Counted from the first letter of the stretch, positions 1 through 8,933 are shown. The stretch: DNA of 33,151 bases from an uncultured euryarchaeote (GCA_937899865.1 CALBRH010000011.1:1-33151); one strand, 5' to 3'. A program made the numbers and translations. The notes: generated by a model not told the origin, from the sequence alone.

Positions 1-1184
1 ATTGACTCTGGACTTTTTGCTAAATCCTTCACAATATTCTTTTGATGGGATTCAACAGTACCTCCACCAATTTCCAATAACTTTGAATCTCTCCACAAGC
101 GCTCAACGTGATATTCTCCAACATAACCGTAACCGCCTAAAACTTGAATTGCAGAATCTGCAATCTCCTTTGCAGCAGTTGCGGCAAACAATTTCACTCC
201 ATCTGAATCAAGACGATGACCGGCTTTTCCTAGAGTCATATTGGCTGCAGTATCATAAACGTAAGAACGCATAGCTCGGTACTTTGCCCATGAGTCTCCA
301 ATGTGCTTTTGGATTTGGCCAAAGTCTCTTATTTGGCTACCAAACGCAGTACGATCGGTTGCATATTGATTCATTTCTGCTAAACATCTGCGAGCAATTC
401 CAAGAGACATAGCAGCAAGTGTCAACCTTTCAACTTCAAGATTGCACATCATGTGAATAAGTGATTCGCCAGTTTCACCAACTAAGTTTTCTGCAGGAAC
501 AATACAATCATCAAATACTAATTCAGCAGTATTAGAAGCCCTCATTCCAGTTTTATCGTAGATTTTCTGCCCGACTGAATAACCTGGCATTCCTGCCTCA
601 ACCAAGAATGTTGAAAGTTGAACTCTCCCCTTATCATCAGTTCCAGTACGTGCATAGACCCAAACAACATCAGCAGGAGTTCCAGCTTCATCTAAACAAC
701 CATTGGTAATCCACATTTTTCTACCATTGAGTTTCCAAGAACCATCAGATTGTTGAACAGCACTTGTTGATAAGCCAAGCACATCTGTTCCTGCATCTGG
801 CTCAGACATTGCCATTGCTCCAATCCATTCACCTGAGCAAACCTTTGGTAGAATCCTTGCTTTTTGCTCATCATTACCGTTGAAAGCAATATTGTTGACA
901 AAAAGCATAGCATGAGCTAGATATGCTAATGCAAATCCAGGGTCAGATGCTGATAATTCCTCATGAATAATTGCACATGCGGTAGCATCAAGACCTGCTC
1001 CACCATATTCTTCCGGTGCACTAATTCCCAATAATCCAAGTTCACCCATGGATCTTAGAAGTTCTAAATTGAATAACTCTTTTTTGTCGTGTTCAAAGGC
1101 TTGTGGCTCAACACATTCCTCAACCCAATCTCTAATCATTGAGCGAAGCATTGCATGTTCTTCACTTGGATTTGCGATATCCAT
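1..1184 (-). CDS. ivd: Isovaleryl-CoA dehydrogenase (acyl-CoA dehydrogenase family); 3' end runs off the left edge, no stop in window
   Basis: Hand translation of the minus strand, absent from the ORF track: MDIANPSEEHAMLRSMIRDW...GLLGISAPEEYGGAGLD...AMAMSEPDAGTDV...LNGRKMWITNG...MMCNLEVERL...AIQVLGGYGYVGEYHVERLWRDSKLLEIGGGT. The LEVER Glu and EIGGG match the IVD pattern. A GTGGT SD-like motif lies upstream of the ATG at 1184. Confidence 0.9.
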   Translation of the reverse strand, partial: MDIANPSEEHAMLRSMIRDWVEECVEPQAFEHDKKELFNLELLRSMGELGLLGISAPEEYGGAGLDATACAIIHEELSASDPGFALAYLAHAMLFVNNIAFNGNDEQKARILPKVCSGEWIGAMAMSEPDAGTDVLGLSTSAVQQSDGSWKLNGRKMWITNGCLDEAGTPADVVWVYARTGTDDKGRVQLSTFLVEAGMPGYSVGQKIYDKTGMRASNTAELVFDDCIVPAENLVGETGESLIHMMCNLEVERLTLAAMSLGIARRCLAEMNQYATDRTAFGSQIRDFGQIQKHIGDSWAKYRAMRSYVYDTAANMTLGKAGHRLDSDGVKLFAATAAKEIADSAIQVLGGYGYVGEYHVERLWRDSKLLEIGGGTVESHQKNIVKDLAKSPES

Positions 1185-1235
1185 AACTACCACTATCAAG
1201 GCCGAAAAGGTCTCCCTTTTTGACAATTTGTAGAA

Positions 1236-1754
1236 TTATCTTCCAAAAAATCGACGCTTTTTCTTAGTTTTGCCACGTCTATTTGATTCTTCGCGGGCTG
1301 AACGCCTTAGTTCATCTTCCATACCAAGAGATGGTCTGGCACGAGTTGAAGGTGGTGCTCCTCTTCTTCTAATATTAGGTGAAGGGCCTCGTGAAGATTT
1401 CTTTACCCGTCTGATTCTCAAGGTTTGACTATCATTCTGTTTACGAGCAATTTTCCTTGCTCTAGTTCCAACATGTCGGAGATGTCCATTGAATACTTTT
1501 GGCTCGGCAACACTTTTGTCATGATTGATACCAACTTGTTCTAAAACTTGTTTGGCTAATGACTTAGGCGATCTATTTGCAATAACTTCATCGACAATCC
1601 TTGTCGCAAGATTGGCAAATGATTCATCATTTTCAACTATCGGTTTTGGCTTGACTTCAAGCTTAATTTCATCTTGATTAACTTCTGCTTCAGAAACCTC
1701 TTTGAGAATAGTTTCACTAAAATTATTGGTTAATGTTTCTTGCTCCCGCTCCAT
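1236..1754 (-). CDS. Hypothetical protein with acidic N-half and Arg/Lys-rich low-complexity C-half
   Basis: Open frame of 172 aa. The start was moved to ATG 1754 because a GGGGTG SD-like motif precedes it. No family recognised. Confidence 0.7.
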   Translation of the reverse strand: MEREQETLTNNFSETILKEVSEAEVNQDEIKLEVKPKPIVENDESFANLATRIVDEVIANRSPKSLAKQVLEQVGINHDKSVAEPKVFNGHLRHVGTRARKIARKQNDSQTLRIRRVKKSSRGPSPNIRRRGAPPSTRARPSLGMEDELRRSAREESNRRGKTKKKRRFFGR

Positions 1755-1786
1755 ACAGTGCACCCCATCAATGATGATTTAGTCAA

Positions 1787-1809
1787 TTTAGGTATAAATA
1801 TAACCTAAA
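1787..1809. promoter_or_regulatory. Inverted repeat TTTAGGT-N9-ACCTAAA enclosing a TATA-like A/T run upstream of the 1754 start
   Basis: Perfect 7-bp arms at 1787-1793 and 1803-1809 around ATAAATATA, 33-55 nt upstream of the minus-strand ATG. Confidence 0.35.
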
Positions 1810-1860
1810 CCACAAGGTGATTTGATACAATTTGTCGAGTTGTTTTGTATTACCAAAACA

Positions 1861-2097
1861 TCAGATAGGAGTCCTAATGCCCATTGCTCGAGCAACACAC
1901 CATCCAGATCTACCCTCATAGATTCCAAGTGCTCCTCCGGCAAATAATCCAAATGTTGACATGATAGTGAACCAATTTGAAGGAACTACATCGAAGTACA
2001 GCAAACCAACTGCAATAACTCCCATAATCAAAGATATCGAGCCCCCAACTAAACGAACAAATTTCCCTTTGGCACCTATGTTACACTCTCTTGCCAT
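1861..2097 (-). CDS. Small two-TM membrane protein, DUF2892/YgaP-like
   Basis: MARECNIGAKGKFVRLVGG, then two hydrophobic segments, then GWCVARAMGIRTP. The N-x-G-x4-R and G-x-C patterns are typical of DUF2892. Start set at ATG 2097. Confidence 0.65.
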   Translation of the reverse strand: MARECNIGAKGKFVRLVGGSISLIMGVIAVGLLYFDVVPSNWFTIMSTFGLFAGGALGIYEGRSGWCVARAMGIRTPI

Positions 2098-2183
2098 GAC
2101 TATACATTGAATGATATGATTATAAACAGTTGTTTTGTAATTACCTAACAATAAATGATATAGTAAGAACAGAACGGGCAAAT

Positions 2184-2357
2184 GTGTCATTTAGAGCATG
2201 TATGTTTTGTCATAGCATCAGGGTATACCCATATCTTGGATTTATGACTGGACAACAGTATCAATGTCAAGATTGTGAAGAAATCTCTCCACTGGTATTA
2301 GAATTTGACACTGAGGAAGATTTTACCAATTTCCTTACACAATTAGAAGAGGAGTAA
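2184..2357 (+). CDS. Small archaeal zinc-finger protein (CxxC...CxxC)
   Basis: From GTG 2184: MSFRACMFCHSIRVYPYLGFMTGQQYQCQDCEEISPLVLEF with an acidic tail. Two CxxC pairs. Stop is 6 nt before the next gene. Confidence 0.7.
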   Translation: MSFRACMFCHSIRVYPYLGFMTGQQYQCQDCEEISPLVLEFDTEEDFTNFLTQLEEE

Positions 2358-2363
2358 ATTGTC

Positions 2364-2933
2364 ATGGATGTTATTTCTCACTGGTTTTGGGGCATGGCGG
2401 TTACGCATGGCAAAATAAAGGGGAGGTTTTCTGGAGCTATGGGGGTTATACCCGATCTTATGGCTTTTCTACCAGTAACAATAATTTCAATTTTTACTGG
2501 CCACAGAAATCCTCGAGTCGATGATACTACTACAACTGAGGATTTTCACCCTCTATCATGGGAAATATACCAGTGGAGCCATAGTGCAATCACGGTTTTG
2601 GTCTGTTTCTTAGCGACATGGTGGTACTTAGAAAAATATGGAACGCCAAAATTCCTCAGCAGATTCTACCTTGCGACAATGAGTGCAAAAAAACAGGCAT
2701 TTTTGATTTGGCTACCTTGGTTGTTAAACATCATCACCGATATTCCTTCACATACAGCTCAATTTTTCCCAACACCAGTATTTCATCCGATTTCGGATTG
2801 GAAATATGATGGTACAAGATGGTCAACACCATCAATATGGTTCACCAATCTTGGGATTTTACTCTTCGTTTGGGCGATAATGATTGTTTTAGAAAGGAAA
2901 CGTAAAGCAAATTCTAAAATTGTAACAGAGTAA
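2364..2933 (+). CDS. Membrane-bound metal-dependent hydrolase-like protein (YdjM/DUF457-like)
   Basis: N-terminal MDxxSH, PDL, SHS and DxxxH motifs set among several hydrophobic segments. Confidence 0.6.
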   Translation: MDVISHWFWGMAVTHGKIKGRFSGAMGVIPDLMAFLPVTIISIFTGHRNPRVDDTTTTEDFHPLSWEIYQWSHSAITVLVCFLATWWYLEKYGTPKFLSRFYLATMSAKKQAFLIWLPWLLNIITDIPSHTAQFFPTPVFHPISDWKYDGTRWSTPSIWFTNLGILLFVWAIMIVLERKRKANSKIVTE

Positions 2934-2990
2934 ATAGATAGCCAAGTTTACCATACACATATTCAAGACTGTGAAACAAACCCTCGTTGC

Positions 2991-4514
2991 ATGGCAGGTC
3001 TTGAATCGCTGAATTGGATTAGTCGATTTATCGACGAAACTCCTGGTGATTCAGAACATGGCGGTAAGCCACGACAAGTACCTGGTGTATGTTATTCACA
3101 AGTCCAGCCAACCAATCCGCCAAAAGCAAAACTACGACTTTGGTCACAAGAAATGGCAAGGCAACTTGGTATTGATGATGGTGATGATTTCGTATTGGGT
3201 GGGGGCAATGTTGTGAAAGGAATGAAGCCTTATGCTCAAAGATATGGCGGGCATCAATTTGGCAATTGGGCGCATCAATTAGGCGATGGAAGAGCAATTA
3301 CATTAGGAGAAGTACAACTTCCAGATGAAGTACTTGAGTTACAATTGAAAGGTGCTGGAATCACTCCTTATTCTCGATTTGCAGATGGTAAAGCAGTTCT
3401 TCGCTCATCTATTAGGGAGTTCCTTTGTAGCGAAGCAATGTTTCATCTCAATGTACCAACTACAAGAGCTCTAAGTTTAGTGACAACTGGTGAAATGGTC
3501 GTTCGAGATATGATGTATGATGGCAACCCTGCACCAGAAATTGGTGCAGTAGTTTGCCGAGTAGCTCCGAGTTTTATTCGCTTTGGTAGCTTTCAAATTC
3601 ATACCGCTGATGGCAATTATGATACTTTGAAAATTCTACTTAATCATACGATAAAACATCATTTCCCCAACCATTCAATCGATAATGATGAAGGAATTGT
3701 CAAATGGTTAAAGCACATAGCTGAAACTACTGCTGAAATGATCGCACATTGGATGCGAGTAGGTTTTGTTCATGGTGTAATGAATACCGATAATATGTCG
3801 ATACATGGCTTAACTATTGACTATGGGCCATACGGTTGGTTGGAAGACTACAATCCTAACTGGACACCCAATACTACTGATTCTTCAACTCGACGTTACC
3901 GTTATGGCCAACAAGCACAAATTGGCGCTTGGAATATTGCAAGACTGGCTGAAGCGGTTGCACCGTTGATGGATGATGTACAATCACTATACTCGGTATT
4001 GGAACACTTTGAGAATAAATACATTGAATTTCAAAACTCTATGTGGTCAGAGAAATTAGGTATCGATGACTTCAAGGAATCTGATGAAGCGATGATTATT
4101 GAATTGGATTCAATGTTACAGAAAGTTGAAACAGATATGACTATTTTCTTTAGGATATTATCCCACATAAAAAAGCCTGATATCGAACTATTGTCTGAAG
4201 CATTTTACGATAGTGAAAGTATACCAGCAGATGAATGGAATCAGTGGTTAGGTAAATGGTGGCAAAGAGTAGATGGAAAGCCAAACCGAAAAAATATGCT
4301 ACAGTCTAATCCAAAATATGTTCTACGTAATTGGATGGCTCAACTGGCGATTGATGCTGCTGAAAAAGAAGACTACTCAGTTTGTGAAGAACTTTACAAT
4401 TTACTAAAAAATCCATATGATGAGCAACCAGAATTTGAAGAAAAGTGGTTCCAAAAGAGACCTGAATGGGCTAGACATCGAGTTGGATGTTCTATGTTGT
4501 CATGCTCAAGTTGA
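2991..4514 (+). CDS. selO: Protein adenylyltransferase SelO (YdiU/UPF0061)
   Basis: YGGHQFG, GQLGDGRA-like HQLGDGRA, LQLKGAGITPYSRFADGKAVLRSSIREFLCSE, GFVHGVMNTDN, IDYGPYG, NPKYVLRNW and C-terminal GCSMLSCSS. Confidence 0.95.
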   Translation: MAGLESLNWISRFIDETPGDSEHGGKPRQVPGVCYSQVQPTNPPKAKLRLWSQEMARQLGIDDGDDFVLGGGNVVKGMKPYAQRYGGHQFGNWAHQLGDGRAITLGEVQLPDEVLELQLKGAGITPYSRFADGKAVLRSSIREFLCSEAMFHLNVPTTRALSLVTTGEMVVRDMMYDGNPAPEIGAVVCRVAPSFIRFGSFQIHTADGNYDTLKILLNHTIKHHFPNHSIDNDEGIVKWLKHIAETTAEMIAHWMRVGFVHGVMNTDNMSIHGLTIDYGPYGWLEDYNPNWTPNTTDSSTRRYRYGQQAQIGAWNIARLAEAVAPLMDDVQSLYSVLEHFENKYIEFQNSMWSEKLGIDDFKESDEAMIIELDSMLQKVETDMTIFFRILSHIKKPDIELLSEAFYDSESIPADEWNQWLGKWWQRVDGKPNRKNMLQSNPKYVLRNWMAQLAIDAAEKEDYSVCEELYNLLKNPYDEQPEFEEKWFQKRPEWARHRVGCSMLSCSS

Positions 4515-4582
4515 GTAAATAGAATCCTAATAGATTGATTATCTCCGAAGTGATGAAATCCTTGACCCACCTAACAGTGTTA

Positions 4583-5692
4583 ATGGCGAACAAATGGTTT
4601 TCTAAATCTTATTCGGAAGCGGCTGGTAGATTTTTAATAGGCTGTGACTTGTTAAGAGAAAATAATCACAATGTCCAAAATGAACGCTTATTTTTAGGAT
4701 TAAAAGGTCCTGAGGAGGAACCTCTAGCAATAGATGTCGCCATAGTGGGTAATCTTTCTAGTGGTAAAATCTTACTTTCAAGTTCTGGAATTCATGGCGT
4801 AGAAGGGTACCCCGGTAGTGCAATTCAGCTTTCTGTCATAGATAATCTAGCCAAGCAAGAACCATTTGATAGTCATGCAGTAATATTCATCCACTGTATA
4901 AATCCGTATGGAATGGCATGGTGGAGAAGATTTAATGAAAACAATGTCGACCTAAATCGAAATTTTTTGCGAAGTGATCAGGAATATTCTGGAGTTCCAG
5001 AAGGTTATCACCATATTAGAGATTTTTTCAATCCCAAAACCCCACCACCAAAACGTGAAATGATGTTTATGTTAAAGGCTATCAAACTCATTTTAAAACA
5101 TGGTTTTAACAATGTCAAACAATGGGTCGCTGAAGGTCAATATGAATACCCTAAAGCCATTCAATATGGTGGCATAGAACTTCAACCAGGGCCAAAACTG
5201 TTGCTTAATTGGCTAGATGTAAAACTCAAAGATGCAACGAATATATGGGCAATAGATTTGCATACTGGACTTGGTCCAAGTGGACATGATACTCTACTGG
5301 TTTCAGCAAATACTACAGATGAACAATATCAGAAATTGAACAATATGTTTCCAAAGCATGTAGAAAGTTTAGACCCAAATGCAGGTGTTGGATATGAGAT
5401 TGTTGGAGATTTACATCAAGGTCTTGAAGATCGATATGATAACATTAAATGGATTTCAATTACTCAAGAATTTGGAACATTTAAGCCAGTCAAAGTAATT
5501 AGAGCAAGTCGGGAGGAAAATCGTTGGACTCAATGGGGTCAATACGATACTGAACGTGAAGCAAAAGAACACTGGAGTAGACTAAGAATGCTACGAACTT
5601 TCAATCCTGATGACAGTACTTGGCAGCAAAAAATAATTTCACGTGGCAATATTGTATTTGATTCAGCACTTGCTGATCTGATAACAGATTGA
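4583..5692 (+). CDS. M14-like zinc carboxypeptidase/deacylase family protein (DUF2817)
   Basis: SSGIHGVEG (HxxE), INPYG, NENNVDLNRN, DLHTGLG and EFGT motifs. Start uncertain (4535, 4553 or 4583). Confidence 0.85.
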   Translation: MANKWFSKSYSEAAGRFLIGCDLLRENNHNVQNERLFLGLKGPEEEPLAIDVAIVGNLSSGKILLSSSGIHGVEGYPGSAIQLSVIDNLAKQEPFDSHAVIFIHCINPYGMAWWRRFNENNVDLNRNFLRSDQEYSGVPEGYHHIRDFFNPKTPPPKREMMFMLKAIKLILKHGFNNVKQWVAEGQYEYPKAIQYGGIELQPGPKLLLNWLDVKLKDATNIWAIDLHTGLGPSGHDTLLVSANTTDEQYQKLNNMFPKHVESLDPNAGVGYEIVGDLHQGLEDRYDNIKWISITQEFGTFKPVKVIRASREENRWTQWGQYDTEREAKEHWSRLRMLRTFNPDDSTWQQKIISRGNIVFDSALADLITD

Positions 5693-5704
5693 GTTCTCTA
5701 TAAA

Positions 5705-6028
5705 TCACTCACCAGGCAAACTCATCGAAGGGAGTTCGGCATTTACTGCTGAATCCATTTCATCAACAGAAATTAGGGGCGTTAAGTTACCATTAAACAC
5801 TCCAGATGCACCAACATGTAGTGCTAGTTTTATTGCAGCTGATTCGGAAGGTAAGTCAGCAATCATAATGAAATCTGTGTTACCGTAACACCAATAGTAT
5901 GATTCTAATGAACCACCCATTTCTGAGAGAATTCTCAAAGTTTCTTGCTTTCTTGCTGTTCCTCCATCTTTCAATAATCCTGCTGCACCTTGCGAGGTGT
6001 AATTTCCTGAATACATATACTTAGGCAT
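5705..6028 (-). CDS. GYD domain protein
   Basis: MPKYMYSGNYTSQG...GGSLESYYWCYGNTDFIMIADLP...TPL matches the GYD family layout, with GNTD in place of GxYD. Confidence 0.82.
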   Translation of the reverse strand: MPKYMYSGNYTSQGAAGLLKDGGTARKQETLRILSEMGGSLESYYWCYGNTDFIMIADLPSESAAIKLALHVGASGVFNGNLTPLISVDEMDSAVNAELPSMSLPGE

Positions 6029-6152
6029 GTTATAGGGATAAATTCTCAACTATATATGTCATTCCAATTATTTGAAAAACCATTTTTAGTCTCTTAATGG
6101 ACATTATCTGTGAATACCAAAATTATATATCCTTGACTAATTTAAAAATATC

Positions 6153-7199
6153 ATGCCTAACAGATTGTCTGTCATTATTGTTGCTTCACTTTTTATTCTT
6201 CTTTCTAATTCTAGTATCGCTCAAAGTACTTCAGAATCTACTGATTCAGAATCTACTGATTCAGAATTACCAGATTTTATACTAGAACCCGCATGGGATG
6301 AAAGTATTCCGTGGTCTAAATATTTAGGTAAAAATGATGGAAGTAATACTATTGCATTCAACGTCACAAATATTGGTGGAGATGTGCCTGAGGATTGTTT
6401 TAATAACTGTTCAATTAGATATTGGATAGATAATGGAACTGATAGTGAATCAACTTTTTCTTATCATTTCGGCAGCCACATTAATACGTCAGATAGTGGA
6501 AATGAAAAATTAAGGAATTTGTTTGAAGGCAATATAACAAGATGGAGTGTTCCAAATTCTTGGTATGGCAATCATACAGTTACTGCTTGTATTGATGCAG
6601 GACATGATGTGGAGGAATCAAATGAAGATAACAACTGTTGGGAAGGTTCCTTCAATTGGTTGCCAGACTTAAGATGGCATCAAGGGAACCCTGAAGGCAC
6701 GTTTGTAAGTTGGTTAACTGCTAGAGGAGATAATGGTAGTTTCGACCCCATTGAAGCGGAGAATGATTTCTTCATTCAATCTGGTAAACTTAGGATTGTA
6801 ACAGCATATGGGTGCGCTGTTAACAGTACATATGGCAATTGTTCTTATGGTGGCAACTTCATCCAAATGAGTGTAACTGTCGATGGTGAAGAAATAGAAT
6901 GGTGGAATCATAGTTCTTGGGGTGCGAATTCTGAAGCAGGTGAGTCAATCTTGACAGATGCTACATTTATTGAAACTTCTAGTGTGGTTCGTGTTTGTTT
7001 TGATCCAAATAACCTGATTGAGGAATCTAATGAGGATAATAATTGTCTTGAGAAGACGCTCGTTAACGAAACCGAAGAGACTGATGAAGAAGATTCGGAT
7101 GAAGAAAGAGGACTTCCTGCACCTTCTTTTATCGCCACTATTGGTGTATTGGCATTAGCTGCTGTTGCTTCAAGAAATATTAGCAGAGATAAGAACTAA
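6153..7199 (+). CDS. Secreted surface protein with two CARDB-like modules and a C-terminal sorting-signal-like tail (LPAPS + TM + basic residues)
   Basis: N-terminal hydrophobic signal. Duplicated motif CIDAGHDVEESNEDNNC / CFDPNNLIEESNEDNNC. Acidic linker, then GLPAPSFIATIGVLALAAVASRNISRDKN. Confidence 0.8.
   Translation: MPNRLSVIIVASLFILLSNSSIAQSTSESTDSESTDSELPDFILEPAWDESIPWSKYLGKNDGSNTIAFNVTNIGGDVPEDCFNNCSIRYWIDNGTDSESTFSYHFGSHINTSDSGNEKLRNLFEGNITRWSVPNSWYGNHTVTACIDAGHDVEESNEDNNCWEGSFNWLPDLRWHQGNPEGTFVSWLTARGDNGSFDPIEAENDFFIQSGKLRIVTAYGCAVNSTYGNCSYGGNFIQMSVTVDGEEIEWWNHSSWGANSEAGESILTDATFIETSSVVRVCFDPNNLIEESNEDNNCLEKTLVNETEETDEEDSDEERGLPAPSFIATIGVLALAAVASRNISRDKN
6231..6267 (+). repeat. In-frame 15-bp tandem repeat (TCAGAATCTACTGAT x2 plus a partial copy; SESTD linker)
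   Basis: Direct reading: tcagaatctactgat tcagaatctactgat tcagaat. Confidence 0.9.
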
Positions 7200-7260
7200 G
7201 AGATTCTGTTTTAGAACTAATCAAACACTTGCAATTTTCTATATAACAGTTGATTGAGAG

Positions 7261-7333
7261 TGCTCGTACCGGGATTTGAACCCGGGTCAAAGGAATGAGA
7301 GTCCTTTATGATGGGCCACTACACTATACGAGC
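7261..7333 (-). tRNA. tRNA-Glu (CUC), no intron, CCA not encoded
   Basis: Reverse complement GCTCGTA TA GTGT AGTGGCCC ATCAT AAAGGA CTCTCAT TCCTTT GAC CCGGG TTCAAAT CCCGG TACGAGC A folds as a cloverleaf with anticodon CTC. Confidence 0.97.
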
Positions 7334-7423
7334 AAGGCAAACCTGCCGTCAAGACTCATGTATTTAGAAATCTCCCTTATGTTATAATCCAAAATATCAC
7401 ATATTCTGTTTACTTTAACTAAA

Positions 7424-7469
7424 AAGTGAAAGTGAAAAAGGCTTGCTGCAAGCGTTTTCATTTTCACTT
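7424..7469. promoter_or_regulatory. 46-bp imperfect palindrome, candidate operator or hairpin
   Basis: AAGTGAAAGTGAAAAAGGCTTGC-T-GCAAGCGTTTTCATTTTCACTT. The arms match except for one substitution and one small bulge/mismatch. Confidence 0.6.
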
Positions 7470-7523
7470 ACACAACACCGACTCAATCCTTTATTGATAT
7501 ACCACAGCCTGCACGTTTGCTTC

Positions 7524-7781
7524 ATGAACAATCAAACAAATTACCAAGAAAAGATTGCCTTTGGAGATTTGATAGAGACTGAAACTATCAATAATAACTC
7601 TGTTTGGAATAATAAGTTGACTACCAAATTCGCCCACCCCAGTGGCAGAATCCCATCCCATTCTGCTGCTGTGGGGTGGCAACCCCTTTACATGCCAGGA
7701 ATGAATAAGTTAGAGCCTGTTTTCTCTTCCACAATTCACGGCTTGGTTAGAAGAGTTAGAAGTAATAGAGGTGAGGCCTGA
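7524..7781 (+). CDS. Small hypothetical protein translationally coupled to the DUF3860-like gene
   Basis: 85-aa frame from ATG 7524. Its TGA overlaps the next ATG (TGATG), and its 3' end carries that gene's GAGGTGA SD. Confidence 0.55.
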   Translation: MNNQTNYQEKIAFGDLIETETINNNSVWNNKLTTKFAHPSGRIPSHSAAVGWQPLYMPGMNKLEPVFSSTIHGLVRRVRSNRGEA

Positions 7782-8017
7782 TGAGTAGAACTCGAAGACT
7801 ACGAACTGAGATCGCAGATTTCCTTAGCTCTGTAGGTGAGGCAAATACTACTACTATACTTGAGCACGTTAACAAGCGGTTTCGCTGGGGTGCTACAATG
7901 AATCAACTTGGTAACGTACTAGCAAGAGATACTCGGTTTTCTAAAGTTGGTTTTGATGAAGGCACTGATGTAGGTGGTTTCAGAACTCGTGTTTGTGTGT
8001 GGTCAATGGCTTCATGA
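7781..8017 (+). CDS. Small winged-helix protein, DUF3860-like
   Basis: TRRLRTEIADFL..GEANTTTILEHVN...GATMNQLGNVLARD...KVG...VCVW resembles, from memory, the marine-metagenome DUF3860 (PDB 2OD5) family. Strong SD GAGGTGA. Confidence 0.75.
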   Translation: MSRTRRLRTEIADFLSSVGEANTTTILEHVNKRFRWGATMNQLGNVLARDTRFSKVGFDEGTDVGGFRTRVCVWSMAS

Positions 8018-8054
8018 CGAACAATATCAAAACCTACCTAATAGTGCATAATGC

Positions 8055-8933
8055 ATGGGCGGAACTATTCAATCGTATCTTCAACTGATGCGAATGAAGA
8101 ATGTTCTATTGGCATCAATCACAGTACCATTAGGTGCGCAGTTTGCTGTTGGCGATTCCTGGCTAAGCGATCAATTACTTGAAGTGACATCCCAGATATT
8201 AGCGGTCATTTTCTTCATCGGTGCTGGTAACACTATGAATGACATCAAAGACATAGATATCGACCGTGAGGCTCATCCTGAAAGACCATTAGCATCTGGA
8301 GCAATTAGTATTGGTAGTGCTAATAACTTTGCAAAGTTATTGTGGCTAATGAGTATAACTTGTGTTGCTTTAGGGGCTTATTCTCTGCATAGTGATGATA
8401 AATCAATTATTGAATTAGTGTTGATTTATGTCATTGCCATAACCCTGATGATGACTTATGATCATGGCCCTACATTGAAAAATACAGGTTTGAAAGGCAA
8501 CATATCAATTTCAATAATGGTTGGTGCAGTCATCCTATATGGCGCTGCAAGCGTTGGTAATTTGTGGACAAGTCTTGTTTGGTGGACTGCAGGAGTAGTA
8601 TTCTTTGCCAATCTTGCCAGAGAGATTATCAAAGATTGTCAAGATATGGAAGCTGATGAAGGAAACCGACAAACATTACCGATGTCGTTTGGTTTGGTGA
8701 AGTCAAGAATGGCTGCTTATGTCGTGGTAATGGCTGCTTTAGTTTGCCTTTACATACCATATTGGAAAGGTCCGTTTGAATTCAATCAATTATTATTCCA
8801 GACACCAGCAATACTGATGCTAATTACTTTGAATAGAGAATTAGCAGAAGGTAACGATTACCAAGCTGCATCTAAAATTAGAATTGCAATGCTATTAGGA
8901 TTGGTTGGATTCATAGTTCCAATGTATGTTTAA
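8055..8933 (+). CDS. UbiA-family prenyltransferase, probable digeranylgeranylglyceryl phosphate synthase (DGGGPS)
   Basis: NDIKDIDIDREAHPERPLASG and REIIKDCQDMEAD...TLP Asp-rich motifs, with many TM segments. Confidence 0.85.
   Translation: MGGTIQSYLQLMRMKNVLLASITVPLGAQFAVGDSWLSDQLLEVTSQILAVIFFIGAGNTMNDIKDIDIDREAHPERPLASGAISIGSANNFAKLLWLMSITCVALGAYSLHSDDKSIIELVLIYVIAITLMMTYDHGPTLKNTGLKGNISISIMVGAVILYGAASVGNLWTSLVWWTAGVVFFANLAREIIKDCQDMEADEGNRQTLPMSFGLVKSRMAAYVVVMAALVCLYIPYWKGPFEFNQLLFQTPAILMLITLNRELAEGNDYQAASKIRIAMLLGLVGFIVPMYV

Noticed and set aside
2-1233. ORF-track entries 2..274 (+), 692..913 (-) and 1048..1233 (+)
   Set aside because: They are shadows of the isovaleryl-CoA dehydrogenase frame (1..1184, -), which the track missed because it has no stop inside the window.
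1771-1830. ATGATGA (box C-like) suggesting a C/D guide RNA
   Set aside because: No CTGA box D lies at a suitable distance, and the region is better explained as the promoter of the 1754 gene.
4485-4514. SelO ending in TGA as a possible selenoprotein
   Set aside because: The Sec position of SelO (third residue from the end, U-S-S) is a TGC Cys here. The TGA follows CSS and is the normal stop.
7200-7333. tRNA-Glu or tRNA-His as attachment sites of an integrated element
   Set aside because: No duplicated tRNA 3' fragment, integrase or phage/plasmid gene was seen by eye in the window.
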